Under the pieces are notes generated by a model that searched no databases, was not told where the DNA came from, and worked only from the letters and a program-made list of their open reading frames with translations. Source: a virus (taxonomy: Duplodnaviria; Caudoviricetes). From it: DNA of 39,927 nucleotides. Where the stretch lies: positions 1-39,927 of the IMG/VR virus record IMGVR_UViG_3300027653_000003, one strand, 5' to 3'. Positions within the stretch are counted from its first letter, which is position 1, and each line of letters starts with the position of its first letter. Shown piece by piece: positions 8,785-17,473 of the stretch. A program made the position numbers and the translations under genes.

Positions 8785-9227
8785 GTCCAGAGAGGCTGGC
8801 AGATTTGCGGAGGATTGCAGAGGCGGCGACGCGGGGCCCGTGGGGATTGAACCCCATCAAGGCACAGGTCGACGAGATGAACACGCTGGAGCCGGTATGC
8901 GCGCTGCTTTGGCCTACAGAGCTACGCACCGAGGAGCAGACGATTGCAAACGGTGAGCACGTGGCCGCATTCGACCCACCGACAGTGCTGGCGCTACTCG
9001 ACGAGATTGAGAAACTGCGGCAGGAGCTGGCGGTCTTGAAGCCAGTGTACGACGAGGCGAGGATGGGGTCATGCGGGGACTGCGATCAGGCAATGAGAGA
9101 GGCTCCCATGCGCGATGAGGATGAGGTGCTCGGACCCTGCGACGTGTGCGAGGAGATGTATGCGGCGGTCGAAAGGGCAGAGGCGTATTATTGGCGTCGG
9201 GACACGGAGAGGGGCGTGGGGGCGTGA
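8781..9227 (+). CDS. Ead/Ea22-like protein
   Basis: AEAATRGPW...NGEHVAAFDPPTVLALLDEIEKL. Confidence 0.7.
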   Translation: MSPERLADLRRIAEAATRGPWGLNPIKAQVDEMNTLEPVCALLWPTELRTEEQTIANGEHVAAFDPPTVLALLDEIEKLRQELAVLKPVYDEARMGSCGDCDQAMREAPMRDEDEVLGPCDVCEEMYAAVERAEAYYWRRDTERGVGA

Positions 9228-9445
9228 GTAATACGTGCATGCGTTGTCAAGGCGTGGGGGTGGTTGCTCAGTGGGGTGGGCCGCAGGCTTGTCCTATGTG
9301 CAACGGGGGCGTGAGGGTATGCGTGCGGTGCGGTGTGGTGTCGTCAGCCAGGATATGCAGGGACTGTGAGGAGGCGGCTGAACAGGAGATCGCCGAACAG
9401 CAAGGGGCGATTTTGCAGCGTGAGCAAAGAGGGGTGTGTGGGGGC
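9224..9445 (+). CDS. Zinc-finger cassette, fused in frame to the dUTPase ORF
   Basis: GTG start inside repeat A; CMRC, CPMC, CVRC and CRDC motifs; no stop before 9446. Confidence 0.55.
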
Positions 9446-9997
9446 GTGAGTGAACGTGTGACGATTCGTTGCGTCTCGTGCTACGGGACAGGGAGTCTGG
9501 GGTACGTCACGCCATGCCTCGCTTGTGATGGGACGGGGCGAGTGGACAGGCCCCCGGATGGGCTGGCGTTGCAGGCAGTCGTTGAGTGGCCCGAGTTGGT
9601 GCCGGAGTACAAGACGGCGGGCAGTGCGGGCCTGGATTTGGCTGTCAAGGAAGCGGTCATTGTGCGGCCCGGCGAGGTGACGATGGTCGGCACTGGTGTG
9701 CGGGTGGCTATACCCGAGGGCTACGTTGGATTGGTTTACAGCCGATCGAGTGTGGCGAGCCAGGCGCGTGTAGTGCTGGCTAACAAGGTCGGCGTCATAG
9801 ACAGCGACTACCGCGGCGAGATTATGTTGCCGCTTATGTACGAGGGGCTTGAAAAGTACACGATCATCGAAAAGGGCACACGTGTAGCGCAACTCATCGT
9901 GCAACCGATAGCACGTGTGCAGGTGCAGGTTGTGGACGAGCTACCGGCCACGGAGCGCGGGTCCGGGGGATTCGGGTCAACGGGGGAGGGTGCGTGA
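9446..9997 (+). CDS. dut: Trimeric dUTPase with N-terminal CxxCxGxG zinc finger
   Basis: GSAGLDL, RSS, GVIDSDYRGEI, RVAQL, TERGSGGFGSTG. Confidence 0.92.
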   Translation: MSERVTIRCVSCYGTGSLGYVTPCLACDGTGRVDRPPDGLALQAVVEWPELVPEYKTAGSAGLDLAVKEAVIVRPGEVTMVGTGVRVAIPEGYVGLVYSRSSVASQARVVLANKVGVIDSDYRGEIMLPLMYEGLEKYTIIEKGTRVAQLIVQPIARVQVQVVDELPATERGSGGFGSTGEGA

Positions 9998-10398
9998 TGC
10001 GGCTAAACGAGCTAACACCGGAGCAGATCGAGGAATGGCGCAAGGCCCGCATGGACGCAGGGCGGGCGCAATACGGCGATGCACATATGCAGAGGTATGG
10101 CCTGGTTGACGTGATGGAGGAGTTGCTGGATGCAATCAACATCATCGACCTAGCGGCAGAACGTATGGCGGCAGAGCCAGAGTGCGCCAGCAGTGTGAGG
10201 TCACTGCGTTTGTCGGTGCAGTTGCTCATCGGGTCGGTGCGGGATACGGACAAGCTTTTGCCCGACAGGCTGTGCAGCGATGAGCAGGGGGGCGAAAGAA
10301 TTTGGTGGAGCGAGCAGGTGCGTTACAAGGTGTGCGATGAGTGCGGCGAAACACCTGCAAGGTGTGGGTGCGAGGAGGCTGGCGACGATGGCGATTAA
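9994..10398 (+). CDS. Hypothetical protein, possibly all-alpha NTP pyrophosphohydrolase (MazG-like)
   Basis: RMDAGRAQYG...DVMEELLDAINI acidic motif. Confidence 0.5.
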   Translation: MMRLNELTPEQIEEWRKARMDAGRAQYGDAHMQRYGLVDVMEELLDAINIIDLAAERMAAEPECASSVRSLRLSVQLLIGSVRDTDKLLPDRLCSDEQGGERIWWSEQVRYKVCDECGETPARCGCEEAGDDGD

Positions 10399-10580
10399 GT
10401 CGGAGCTGTGGTATTTCGTCGTGTGCGACCGGTGCGGACAGCGGCACGGTGATGGCGTGTGGATCAGCGAGGACGATGCACGGGCGGCAGTACACAGCGA
10501 TACGGACTGGCGAGTAGGCGAAGGGGACGTGTGCCTGGACTGCCGGATTGACGAGGCGAACGAGGAGGCGGGCGATGATG
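10371..10580 (+). repeat. Gene-junction repeat family C (CGAGGAGGCkGGCGAyGATG)
   Basis: 10371-10390 and 10561-10580 match at 18 of 20 positions. Confidence 0.8.
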
Positions 10581-10597
10581 CAAATGATCGGCCCTAA
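10388..10597 (+). CDS. Small zinc-binding protein
   Basis: CDRC...CLDC; RBS inside repeat C. Confidence 0.7.
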   Translation: MAIKSELWYFVVCDRCGQRHGDGVWISEDDARAAVHSDTDWRVGEGDVCLDCRIDEANEEAGDDANDRP

Positions 10598-10838
10598 CGA
10601 CCGGATGTGCCCCTCATGCGGGGCTGACACACTGCGTCATGATCCATACGGCACGGAGTACCTGGGTCCGCATACCGAGGAGATGTGCCTCCGAAGGCAA
10701 CTCGCTAAGGCCAGGGAGGAAGTCGCCTTGTTGAGGAGGGAGTACGCCGTCAAACACGCCGAAAACGAAGAGCACAAGAGGATGCTGAGCAGCGCTTACG
10801 TCCGCATAGCGACACTGGAGGCCGAAGCCAATGAGTGA
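10575..10838 (+). CDS. Zinc-ribbon/coiled-coil hypothetical protein
   Basis: CPSCG...H...C; RBS inside repeat C. Confidence 0.65.
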   Translation: MMQMIGPNDRMCPSCGADTLRHDPYGTEYLGPHTEEMCLRRQLAKAREEVALLRREYAVKHAENEEHKRMLSSAYVRIATLEAEANE

Positions 10839-11481
10839 GCTTACATCGCAACTGCGCCACGTGCTAGGGCGGCACAACGATGATGCGGTACCGGTAGTGG
10901 TGTTGGTGCAGGGCCTGGTGGAGCGCGTGGCAGAGCACGAAAATGACCTTGCCGAAGCCGCAGGAGCATTGATGGTGCCAATGCCGGAGCCGGGAACCGA
11001 TATGGCGCGGGTCATGAAGGCGAATGCGCTGATCCGCGGTGAGAGGGATGGGGCCAATAAGCGAACAACCGAGCTTGAAGGCAAGATCAAGCGCCAACGC
11101 GAGGCACTGAGTGCGCTAAACGAAGCCCAGGCCCGCATAACGTCGCAACTGGACCTGGAGGCCGCACGGCGAGCGGCAGAGATGGTGCAGACCCTGCAAC
11201 ATGAGCCTGGCAGGGCGGCGGTAGAACTGGCAGTTGCCAACAGGCGCATAGCCGAGCTGGAGGCCCTACTCGCCGACCACGGCCCCGAGGGACGAAACGT
11301 GACGAACGCTCAATATGTAGCATTGCGGGAGCGCTTGACCAAGCACGAAGCCGCTGCCGCCGCCGCTAGGGACGTGCTCCGCGACCTAGGGGGACGCAGT
11401 ATACCGGCGAGGCTGCGGCACGTGCAGGCACTGCGTGATGCGATGATGGCGCTGGAGGGGGATGGCGATGAGTTGGCGTGA
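10831..11481 (+). CDS. Coiled-coil hypothetical protein
   Basis: GGAGG RBS; heptad-rich sequence. Confidence 0.7.
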   Translation: MSELTSQLRHVLGRHNDDAVPVVVLVQGLVERVAEHENDLAEAAGALMVPMPEPGTDMARVMKANALIRGERDGANKRTTELEGKIKRQREALSALNEAQARITSQLDLEAARRAAEMVQTLQHEPGRAAVELAVANRRIAELEALLADHGPEGRNVTNAQYVALRERLTKHEAAAAAARDVLRDLGGRSIPARLRHVQALRDAMMALEGDGDELA

Positions 11482-11743
11482 GTGGGTGGATGGCTTGGAA
11501 TACCGCACCCGGACGGCTATCACGATGACAAAAGGTGCCGAGCATTCGAAGACAGAGGAACTAAGGCTCATCGAGGGCTACAAACTGATGTCCGAGACGT
11601 TGGAGCGTGTCGAATGGAGTGGTAGGAACAAATTTGAAGATTTTGTTTGCCCATCGTGCGGGGCGACCGAGGATAGCGGGGCTCATGAGGACGATTGCCC
11701 CCTCGGGCGGGCCCTGGACCACCTGCGGGGTGATGGGACGTGA
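11468..11743 (+). CDS. Hypothetical protein (CPSC...HxxxC)
   Basis: GGAGG RBS; Zn-binding motif. Confidence 0.65.
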   Translation: MSWREWVDGLEYRTRTAITMTKGAEHSKTEELRLIEGYKLMSETLERVEWSGRNKFEDFVCPSCGATEDSGAHEDDCPLGRALDHLRGDGT

Positions 11744-11973
11744 TCACGACCTACATGCGGGGCCACTTGATCTACTACGACGGCAAACAATGGCGTTACG
11801 CCGACACCAATGAGCCAGCAACTGACGACCGTGCTTGTTCGAAGTGCGACGAGGGTCCGACGCCGGAGGGATACGATGCTTGCCTGGGGCAAATACCGGG
11901 CGCTACGGCGGCATGTTGCGGTCATGGTGTGATGGAACCGTATGTGCAGATGCGAGGTGTTGGGCGTGACTAG
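11740..11973 (+). CDS. Cys-rich hypothetical protein
   Basis: CSKC...DACLG...ACCGHG; GTGA coupling. Confidence 0.7.
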   Translation: MITTYMRGHLIYYDGKQWRYADTNEPATDDRACSKCDEGPTPEGYDACLGQIPGATAACCGHGVMEPYVQMRGVGRD

Positions 11974-12145
11974 CTTCGGCCTCTACCTGCTCCGCTGGCA
12001 ACTGTCCACACCGATACTAGCCCTTTGCGTGGCACTCCTGCCCTGGGGGTCGGTGGCGAAGACGGCGATGGCGAACCTGATTGGCGGGGCGTTGTTTTAC
12101 TACGTGGACAGGTGGATATTTCGGCGTAAGGGGGAGTCGGGGTGA
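11966..12145 (+). CDS. Small membrane protein
   Basis: YLLRWQLSTPILA...ANLIGG...VDRWIF; two hydrophobic segments. Confidence 0.7.
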   Translation: MTSFGLYLLRWQLSTPILALCVALLPWGSVAKTAMANLIGGALFYYVDRWIFRRKGESG

Positions 12146-12681
12146 GGGTATTAGGCATCGACGCAGGGTTTGCCGCTATGGGCCTCGTCGTGGCGCAAGA
12201 CGGGCGGGTCATCCACTACGACACCTGCCGTACCGAGCGCACTGCCAAGAAACGCGGCATACGTGTAGCCGACGACGATGCGGAACGCTCGCAAGAGCTT
12301 GCCCGATTTTTGCATGACGCAATCGACGAGTGGAGGCCTGCCGGGGCCATTGTCGAGCTACCGACTGGCGGGGCGCAGGGCGCAAGGGCGAACCGGAGTA
12401 TGGGCATGGCGACGGGAATTGTCGTGACGGTGCTGGAACTATCACGCCTACCTGCCGAGTGGGTGACGCCAGACGACGTTAAGCGGGCGGCTACGGGGCG
12501 CAGGAATGCATCTAAGGCCGATGTGCAGGCGGCGGTGCGGCGGCACTTCGAATGGGCAGATTGGCCCCGCTACAAGTGGCAGCAAGAGCACATGGCAGAT
12601 GCGGCGGGCGCTATCATGGCCGCAGAGGGCGGCACGTTGTTGAGGGCGCTAGAGCGTGTAGCAGAGGAGGTGGCGGGGTGA
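12142..12681 (+). CDS. RuvC-like Holliday junction resolvase
   Basis: VLGIDAG, IVE, VKRAATGRRNASKADV, EHMADA. Confidence 0.88.
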   Translation: MRVLGIDAGFAAMGLVVAQDGRVIHYDTCRTERTAKKRGIRVADDDAERSQELARFLHDAIDEWRPAGAIVELPTGGAQGARANRSMGMATGIVVTVLELSRLPAEWVTPDDVKRAATGRRNASKADVQAAVRRHFEWADWPRYKWQQEHMADAAGAIMAAEGGTLLRALERVAEEVAG

Positions 12682-12950
12682 GTCTAGGATGGGCGTTGTA
12701 TCATGTGCTGCTTGTCATCGGTGCGTATTTTTTCGGCAAGGCGGCGGCTAATGAGTTGCGGGCTAGCAGGGGGCCGACGAGGCGCACCGGATCCAGCGGC
12801 GCAATTCGACTTGAGTCGGCGGGACACTCCGGCAACTGCCCGACATTTTACGTTGCTGAGGGTAACGCACACCCGTTTATGTACTGCCCGTATTGCGGCG
12901 TCTTTATGTGGCGAGAGGGTGTAGAGGCCGCAGAGGAGGTGGCGGGGTGA
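12678..12950 (+). CDS. Membrane-anchored zinc-ribbon protein
   Basis: N-terminal hydrophobic helix, CPYCG; GTG start in repeat B. Confidence 0.65.
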   Translation: MSLGWALYHVLLVIGAYFFGKAAANELRASRGPTRRTGSSGAIRLESAGHSGNCPTFYVAEGNAHPFMYCPYCGVFMWREGVEAAEEVAG

Positions 12951-13171
12951 GGCGTGCATGGTCGGATGCGCGGTTGCGCTTTGTGCGGTGGCGGGCCAGG
13001 CGGCTGATTGCCAGGGACAGGTTCACAGATGCGGCCCGCCTGCTTGGACGGGAGTACGAGAGGCGTTGCGGCACTGTAGGTGGCCTGCTTGGGCGGGCGG
13101 CGGCAATGGATATGCAGATGCGGGCGTGGCTTAGTGAGTTGGCAAGCACCGATGAGGGGGTGGCGGGGTGA
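12947..13171 (+). CDS. Hypothetical protein
   Basis: MRRAWSDARL...; starts and ends in repeat B. Confidence 0.6.
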   Translation: MRRAWSDARLRFVRWRARRLIARDRFTDAARLLGREYERRCGTVGGLLGRAAAMDMQMRAWLSELASTDEGVAG

Positions 13172-13347
13172 TGTACGTGACGGGGAGCGTGTTGGCGGCA
13201 ATTCTGGCCCTGAAGGGGCTACGCTCCGTTGATCGGTGGCTGATCCGGAAGACCGAGCACAGAGCGTGGCGGCACGCATGGAGGGATGCCATCGTATATG
13301 CCGCTGTGGCACTGTGGATAGTGTTTGCGTTGATTGGCATGAGGTAA
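13168..13347 (+). CDS. Small two-TM membrane protein (59 aa)
   Basis: (M)MYVTGSVLAAILAL...ALWIVFALIGMR; translated by hand. Confidence 0.6.
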   Translation: MMYVTGSVLAAILALKGLRSVDRWLIRKTEHRAWRHAWRDAIVYAAVALWIVFALIGMR

Positions 13348-13367
13348 CAACCAGAGGAGGTGGCGGG

Positions 13368-13466
13368 GTGAATAAAACGGGCTGGGATCACCTCTCGACG
13401 CTCATGGTCGGCATTGCAGCCGGGGTACTTATGGGCGCGGGATTGGTTATCTGGATCATGGCATGA
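13368..13466 (+). CDS. 32-aa hydrophobic peptide
   Basis: MNKTGWDHLSTLMVGIAAGVLMGAGLVIWIMA; RBS in repeat B. Confidence 0.55.
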   Translation: MNKTGWDHLSTLMVGIAAGVLMGAGLVIWIMA

Positions 13467-13506
13467 GGTAGCAACTAGGGGAGGGCTTTGTTTGGAGGCG
13501 ATGGCG

Positions 13507-13947
13507 ATGATCGAGCAGATGACTGACAAGGTACCGGATCACGTGCTTGAATTCGTGGAGAAGGAGCTGTACGACTACCCGATCAACCGCGAAACCGTGA
13601 TGGAGTACCTACGTCGCCGTGGCGATGTGCTTGCCCAAGGGAGGCAGGCACCGGATGGGGATGGTCGGCGTGAGGGCGGGCCGCCGTCTGACCCGACCCA
13701 CGCATCGGCGGTTCGCCTCCTGGCGCTGGAACGCAGTGCCGAAAGGGCTAGGTTCTACGTGGAGGCTATTGACTCGACGATGAGGGTGCTCAACGAGGAG
13801 GAACGGCGCATGGTAAAGCGGCGGTACTTCGACCGGGACATCACAAATGCAGGGCTGGCCCATGAGCTAAACATGAGTGAGCGGCAATTTTACCGCATGC
13901 GCTACGAGGTTGTACGCAAGTTCGCCATGAGGATGACGCTCATATAG
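13507..13947 (+). CDS. ArpU/RinA-like late transcription activator
   Basis: VEKELYDYP, SDPT, C-terminal HTH LAHELNMSERQFYR; lies just before terS. Confidence 0.85.
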   Translation: MIEQMTDKVPDHVLEFVEKELYDYPINRETVMEYLRRRGDVLAQGRQAPDGDGRREGGPPSDPTHASAVRLLALERSAERARFYVEAIDSTMRVLNEEERRMVKRRYFDRDITNAGLAHELNMSERQFYRMRYEVVRKFAMRMTLI

Positions 13948-13954
13948 GCATCTT

Positions 13955-14008
13955 GGCAGAGATCAGGCAGGAATCTGGCAGTTTTACGCCGTTATAGCGT
14001 GTTAGCAT
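13955..14008 (+). promoter_or_regulatory. Putative late promoter with activator-binding repeats
   Basis: GGCAG at 13955, 13966 and 13977 (11-bp period); TG-n-TAGCAT at 14000-14008. Confidence 0.65.
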
Positions 14009-14285
14009 GGTATCAGCGGATGGTCTGGAGATTCCGGGGCCGTCCGTATACACCAATCCGGCTGCACTCCTGCCTCGCGCAGACCTCCTTGATGATGCGC
14101 CGCTCTGTACCCGCAGGGCGGCGCTTCGCCTTGCACATATGCTTATAATTTTCCCGGCAATGCGCGCCCCATACTCTACGAACGGCCGGAGGCCCTGGCA
14201 AACCGTTAAGCCCCAGGCTTAGTCCTGGCGGCGTGGTGCGTTGGGGCCTGTTCGCGCGCCATAACAACGCAAACGAGGTGACAGC

Positions 14286-14732
14286 ATGGCACGACCGAGC
14301 AAGGGCACACCGATAGGCGACGCAGAGCGGCAACAGATCCTGGAGGCCCTACGTGGCGGCAAGTCGCGCTATGCTGTCGCCAAGGAGTTTCGCAGGGCAC
14401 GTGAGACAGTCGCCAAGATCGCCCGCGAGGCGGGTATGACTGCCGACACGACGAGTACCGAGGCGGCGACTAGGGCGCGGTCGCGGTATGCGGCGGCGCA
14501 ACGTGTGGAGCTAATTAACAAGTTTTTTGAGCGCATCGAACAGCGCATCGACAGCCTGCCAGATGATGCGGTGCAGGCGGCAAGGGCCATTCGTGACCTG
14601 TCAACGTCGCTAGGCATCGCCATCGACAAACGCAGGCTAGAGGACGGCGACTCCACCGGACGTGTTGACGTTAGCCCGTATCTGGATGCGCTCAAGGACT
14701 CCGCAGAGGATGTCTGGAGCGACGATACATGA
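14286..14732 (+). CDS. Terminase small subunit
   Basis: N-terminal HTH, GIAIDK motif, directly upstream of terL. Confidence 0.8.
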   Translation: MARPSKGTPIGDAERQQILEALRGGKSRYAVAKEFRRARETVAKIAREAGMTADTTSTEAATRARSRYAAAQRVELINKFFERIEQRIDSLPDDAVQAARAIRDLSTSLGIAIDKRRLEDGDSTGRVDVSPYLDALKDSAEDVWSDDT

Positions 14733-15988
14733 GAGGGCCTGCGGCGTTTCGCTTCCAGCCGTTCAGCCGCAAACAAAAACAGGTGCTCACGTGGTGGTTG
14801 GAGCCGAGTCCATACCGGGACCATGACATGATTATTGCCGACGGTTCGATCCGTAGCGGCAAAACGATTGCCATGATCGACGGATTCATCACGTGGTCAA
14901 TGGCGACGTTCGAGGGTGAGAGCTTCATCCTGGCGGGGCGCTCGATGGGTGCACTCAAACGCAACGTGCTTCGCCCCATGTTCCAGATCCTGACGGCTAA
15001 GGGAATTGAGTACCGATACCACCGCTCGGAGCACTACATCCAGATTGGCTCCAACACGTATTACTGCTTCGGGGCCAGCAACGAGGCGTCGCAGGACGTG
15101 CTGCAGGGCCTCACGGCCGCCGGGGCATACGCCGACGAAGCGGCACTGTTCCCCGAATCGTTCGTTGAGCAGATGATCGGACGTTGCTCGGTCGAGCGGT
15201 CGAAAGTGTGGCTCAACTGCAACCCGGAAGGGCCGTTTCACTACCTCAAAACGGATTACATCGACCAGGCGGACGATAAAAAGATTCTTCGCCTGCACTT
15301 TGACCTCGACGACAACCTGACGCTGTCGGAGGCCGTTAAAGAGCGATACCGACGCATGTTCAGCGGCGTGTTCTATCAGCGCTACGTTTTGGGCCAGTGG
15401 GTGCAGGCTGAGGGCGTCATATACGACATGTTCGACGCCGACAGGCACGTTGTGGACATCCTGCCGCGTATGCGCCGCCACTGGGTCGGCGTTGACTACG
15501 GCACCACGAACCCCACGGCGTTTGTGCTCGTTGGCGAGGGCATCGACGGTCGCCTGTACGTGTGCAACGAGTGGCGATGGGACAGCGCAGAGCGTGGCAG
15601 GCAGATGACCGACGCACAGTTGAGCGCAGAGTTCCGTCGCTGGATCGGCAACATTCAGCCCGAGCGCATCTTCGTGGACCCTTCGGCAGCATCGTTCTCC
15701 CTGCAACTATGGCAGGACGGCGTTAGGCGGGTCACTCATGCCGACAATGCCGTGTTAGACGGCATACGTGACGTTAGCTCGCTACTCGGCGCGGACATGC
15801 TCAAGATTCACCGCTCGTGCAAGGGGCTAATCAAAGAAAAAACGTCCTACTCGTGGGACCCGAAGGCACAGCAACGGGGCGAGGACAAGCCCCTCAAAGA
15901 GCACGACCACTCATGTGACGCAGAGCGGTACGTGATACACAGCATCCGCAACGTCTGGCGGCGTTGGGTACGACAGGAGGCGGCATAA
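14729..15988 (+). CDS. terL: Terminase large subunit (PBSX family)
   Basis: DGSIRSGKT, YADEA, NCNP, GVDYG, DPSAASF, DHSCDAERY. Confidence 0.95.
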   Translation: MRGPAAFRFQPFSRKQKQVLTWWLEPSPYRDHDMIIADGSIRSGKTIAMIDGFITWSMATFEGESFILAGRSMGALKRNVLRPMFQILTAKGIEYRYHRSEHYIQIGSNTYYCFGASNEASQDVLQGLTAAGAYADEAALFPESFVEQMIGRCSVERSKVWLNCNPEGPFHYLKTDYIDQADDKKILRLHFDLDDNLTLSEAVKERYRRMFSGVFYQRYVLGQWVQAEGVIYDMFDADRHVVDILPRMRRHWVGVDYGTTNPTAFVLVGEGIDGRLYVCNEWRWDSAERGRQMTDAQLSAEFRRWIGNIQPERIFVDPSAASFSLQLWQDGVRRVTHADNAVLDGIRDVSSLLGADMLKIHRSCKGLIKEKTSYSWDPKAQQRGEDKPLKEHDHSCDAERYVIHSIRNVWRRWVRQEAA

Positions 15989-17458
15989 TTGGCATTACCG
16001 AATGACCCTAGCATGACATGGCCTCCCGGCGAGTGGGGGCCAGTGTACGACCTGTACCAAGAGCACGCGGCGTGGTATTCGGGCTCGCCCGAGCGCTTGT
16101 CTGACGTGTACTCTGCCCGCGCCTACACACCGACGCCGCGTGGCAGGTTTTGGGCGACCGACATACAAAAAGAGCGCCGCACGATGCTACATATCCCCGT
16201 GGCGGGCGATATAGCGGCAACGAGTGCGGATCTACTGTTCTCGGAGCCGCCGAAGTTCTTCATCCCCGAGGGCGATGCTGGCGAACGGGATGCAATCGAA
16301 GCGCAAGGGCGTTTAGAGGCGCTGGTTGACGAGGGTGGCCTGCTTAACCGGCTCGTGGAGGGCGCAGAGACTGCGGCGGCAATGGGCGGCGTGTTTATCG
16401 GCCCCGTGTGGGATGACTCCGTTGCCGACTACCCCATCCTGCGTGTCGTGCAGGCCGATGCAGCGGTGCCCGAGTTTCGCTGGGGCATTCTGCAGGCGGT
16501 CACACTATGGCGCGTTGTGGAGGATGACGGCGAGGTGGTTTGGCGGCACCTAGAGCGCCACGAACCCGGCGTCATCTTGCATGGCCTGTATGTGGGCGAT
16601 GCGACGACCCTGGGCAGGCGTGTTGACCTCAACTCCCACGCCGAGACGCAGGGGTTGCAAGATTCGGTCGAGCTACCGCCTAGCATGGCAAACACGCTGG
16701 CGATCCGCTACGTGCCCAACATGCGCCCGAATCGGCGCTTTCGCGGGCAGGCAATAGGCCAGTCGGACTACAGCGGAGCCGAGGGCATGATGGACGCGCT
16801 AGACGAGGTGTGGACATCGTGGCTGCGCGACATTCGGCTCGGCAGGGCTAGGCTCATCGTGCCCGAGGAGTACCTGCAACGTAGCGGCGACGATTTTGCG
16901 TTCGACATTGACCAGGAGATCTGGTCGCCCCTCGATATGGCACCTACAGACGGACAGGGCATCACCGAGTCACAGTTTACCATCCGCACGGAGGAGCACG
17001 CCAAGACGGCGGCTGACCTGCTGGAACGCATTGTAGCGGCGGCGGGGTACAGCCCGCAATCTTTTGGCCTGCAGATCATGGGCAGGGCCGAATCGGGCGT
17101 GGCGCTACGGATTCGGGAGCGCAAGAGTCTGACGACGAAACAGAAAAAAGAACGATTCTGGTCGAGCAACCTGAACGACGTACTGGAACAAATGCTCATC
17201 ATCGACCGGGAGGTGTTCGGCAGGCCGACGCCCCTCTATCGGCCGCGTGTGCAGTTTGAGGACAGCATCACGCCCGACCCGCGAGAGGTGGCGGAGTCCG
17301 TCGAGCTGGTGGCCCGGGCCAAGGCGGCCAGTGTTGAGACGCGGGTCCGCATGTTGCACCCGGACTGGTCACGCGAAGAAGTTGAGGCCGAGGTGGAAAG
17401 CATCCTGGCCGAAGAGGGAATGCGGGTGCCAGATATGTTCCAGGTCGGCATGCCGTGA
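15989..17458 (+). CDS. Portal protein (A118/SPP1-like)
   Basis: ADLLFSEP, GQSDY, GYSPQSFG, LHPDW; position after terL. Confidence 0.9.
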   Translation: MALPNDPSMTWPPGEWGPVYDLYQEHAAWYSGSPERLSDVYSARAYTPTPRGRFWATDIQKERRTMLHIPVAGDIAATSADLLFSEPPKFFIPEGDAGERDAIEAQGRLEALVDEGGLLNRLVEGAETAAAMGGVFIGPVWDDSVADYPILRVVQADAAVPEFRWGILQAVTLWRVVEDDGEVVWRHLERHEPGVILHGLYVGDATTLGRRVDLNSHAETQGLQDSVELPPSMANTLAIRYVPNMRPNRRFRGQAIGQSDYSGAEGMMDALDEVWTSWLRDIRLGRARLIVPEEYLQRSGDDFAFDIDQEIWSPLDMAPTDGQGITESQFTIRTEEHAKTAADLLERIVAAAGYSPQSFGLQIMGRAESGVALRIRERKSLTTKQKKERFWSSNLNDVLEQMLIIDREVFGRPTPLYRPRVQFEDSITPDPREVAESVELVARAKAASVETRVRMLHPDWSREEVEAEVESILAEEGMRVPDMFQVGMP

Positions 17459-17473
17459 TGGGTGGTGATGTAG

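Larger units (their letters stand above)
8764..9451 (+). repeat. Gene-junction repeat family A (GAGAGGGGCGTGGGGGCGTGAGT)
   Basis: Identical 23-mers at 8764-8786 and 9207-9229; variant at about 9428-9451. Confidence 0.9.
12661..13371 (+). repeat. Gene-junction repeat family B (GCAGAGGAGGTGGCGGGGTGA)
   Basis: Copies at 12661-12681, 12930-12950, 13151-13171 and 13351-13371. Confidence 0.9.

Noticed and set aside
9146-9223. ORF-track start of the dUTPase ORF at 9146
   Set aside because: It overlaps the Ea22-like gene; coupled GTG starts at 9224 and 9446 fit the junction pattern
12661-13371. Junction repeats as CRISPR repeats or integron attC sites
   Set aside because: They are separated by whole genes, are not palindromic, and no cas or intI gene is present
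14195-14250. TTAAGCCCC segment as a pistol ribozyme
   Set aside because: The required upstream P1 hairpin and pseudoknot partner are not in the right order
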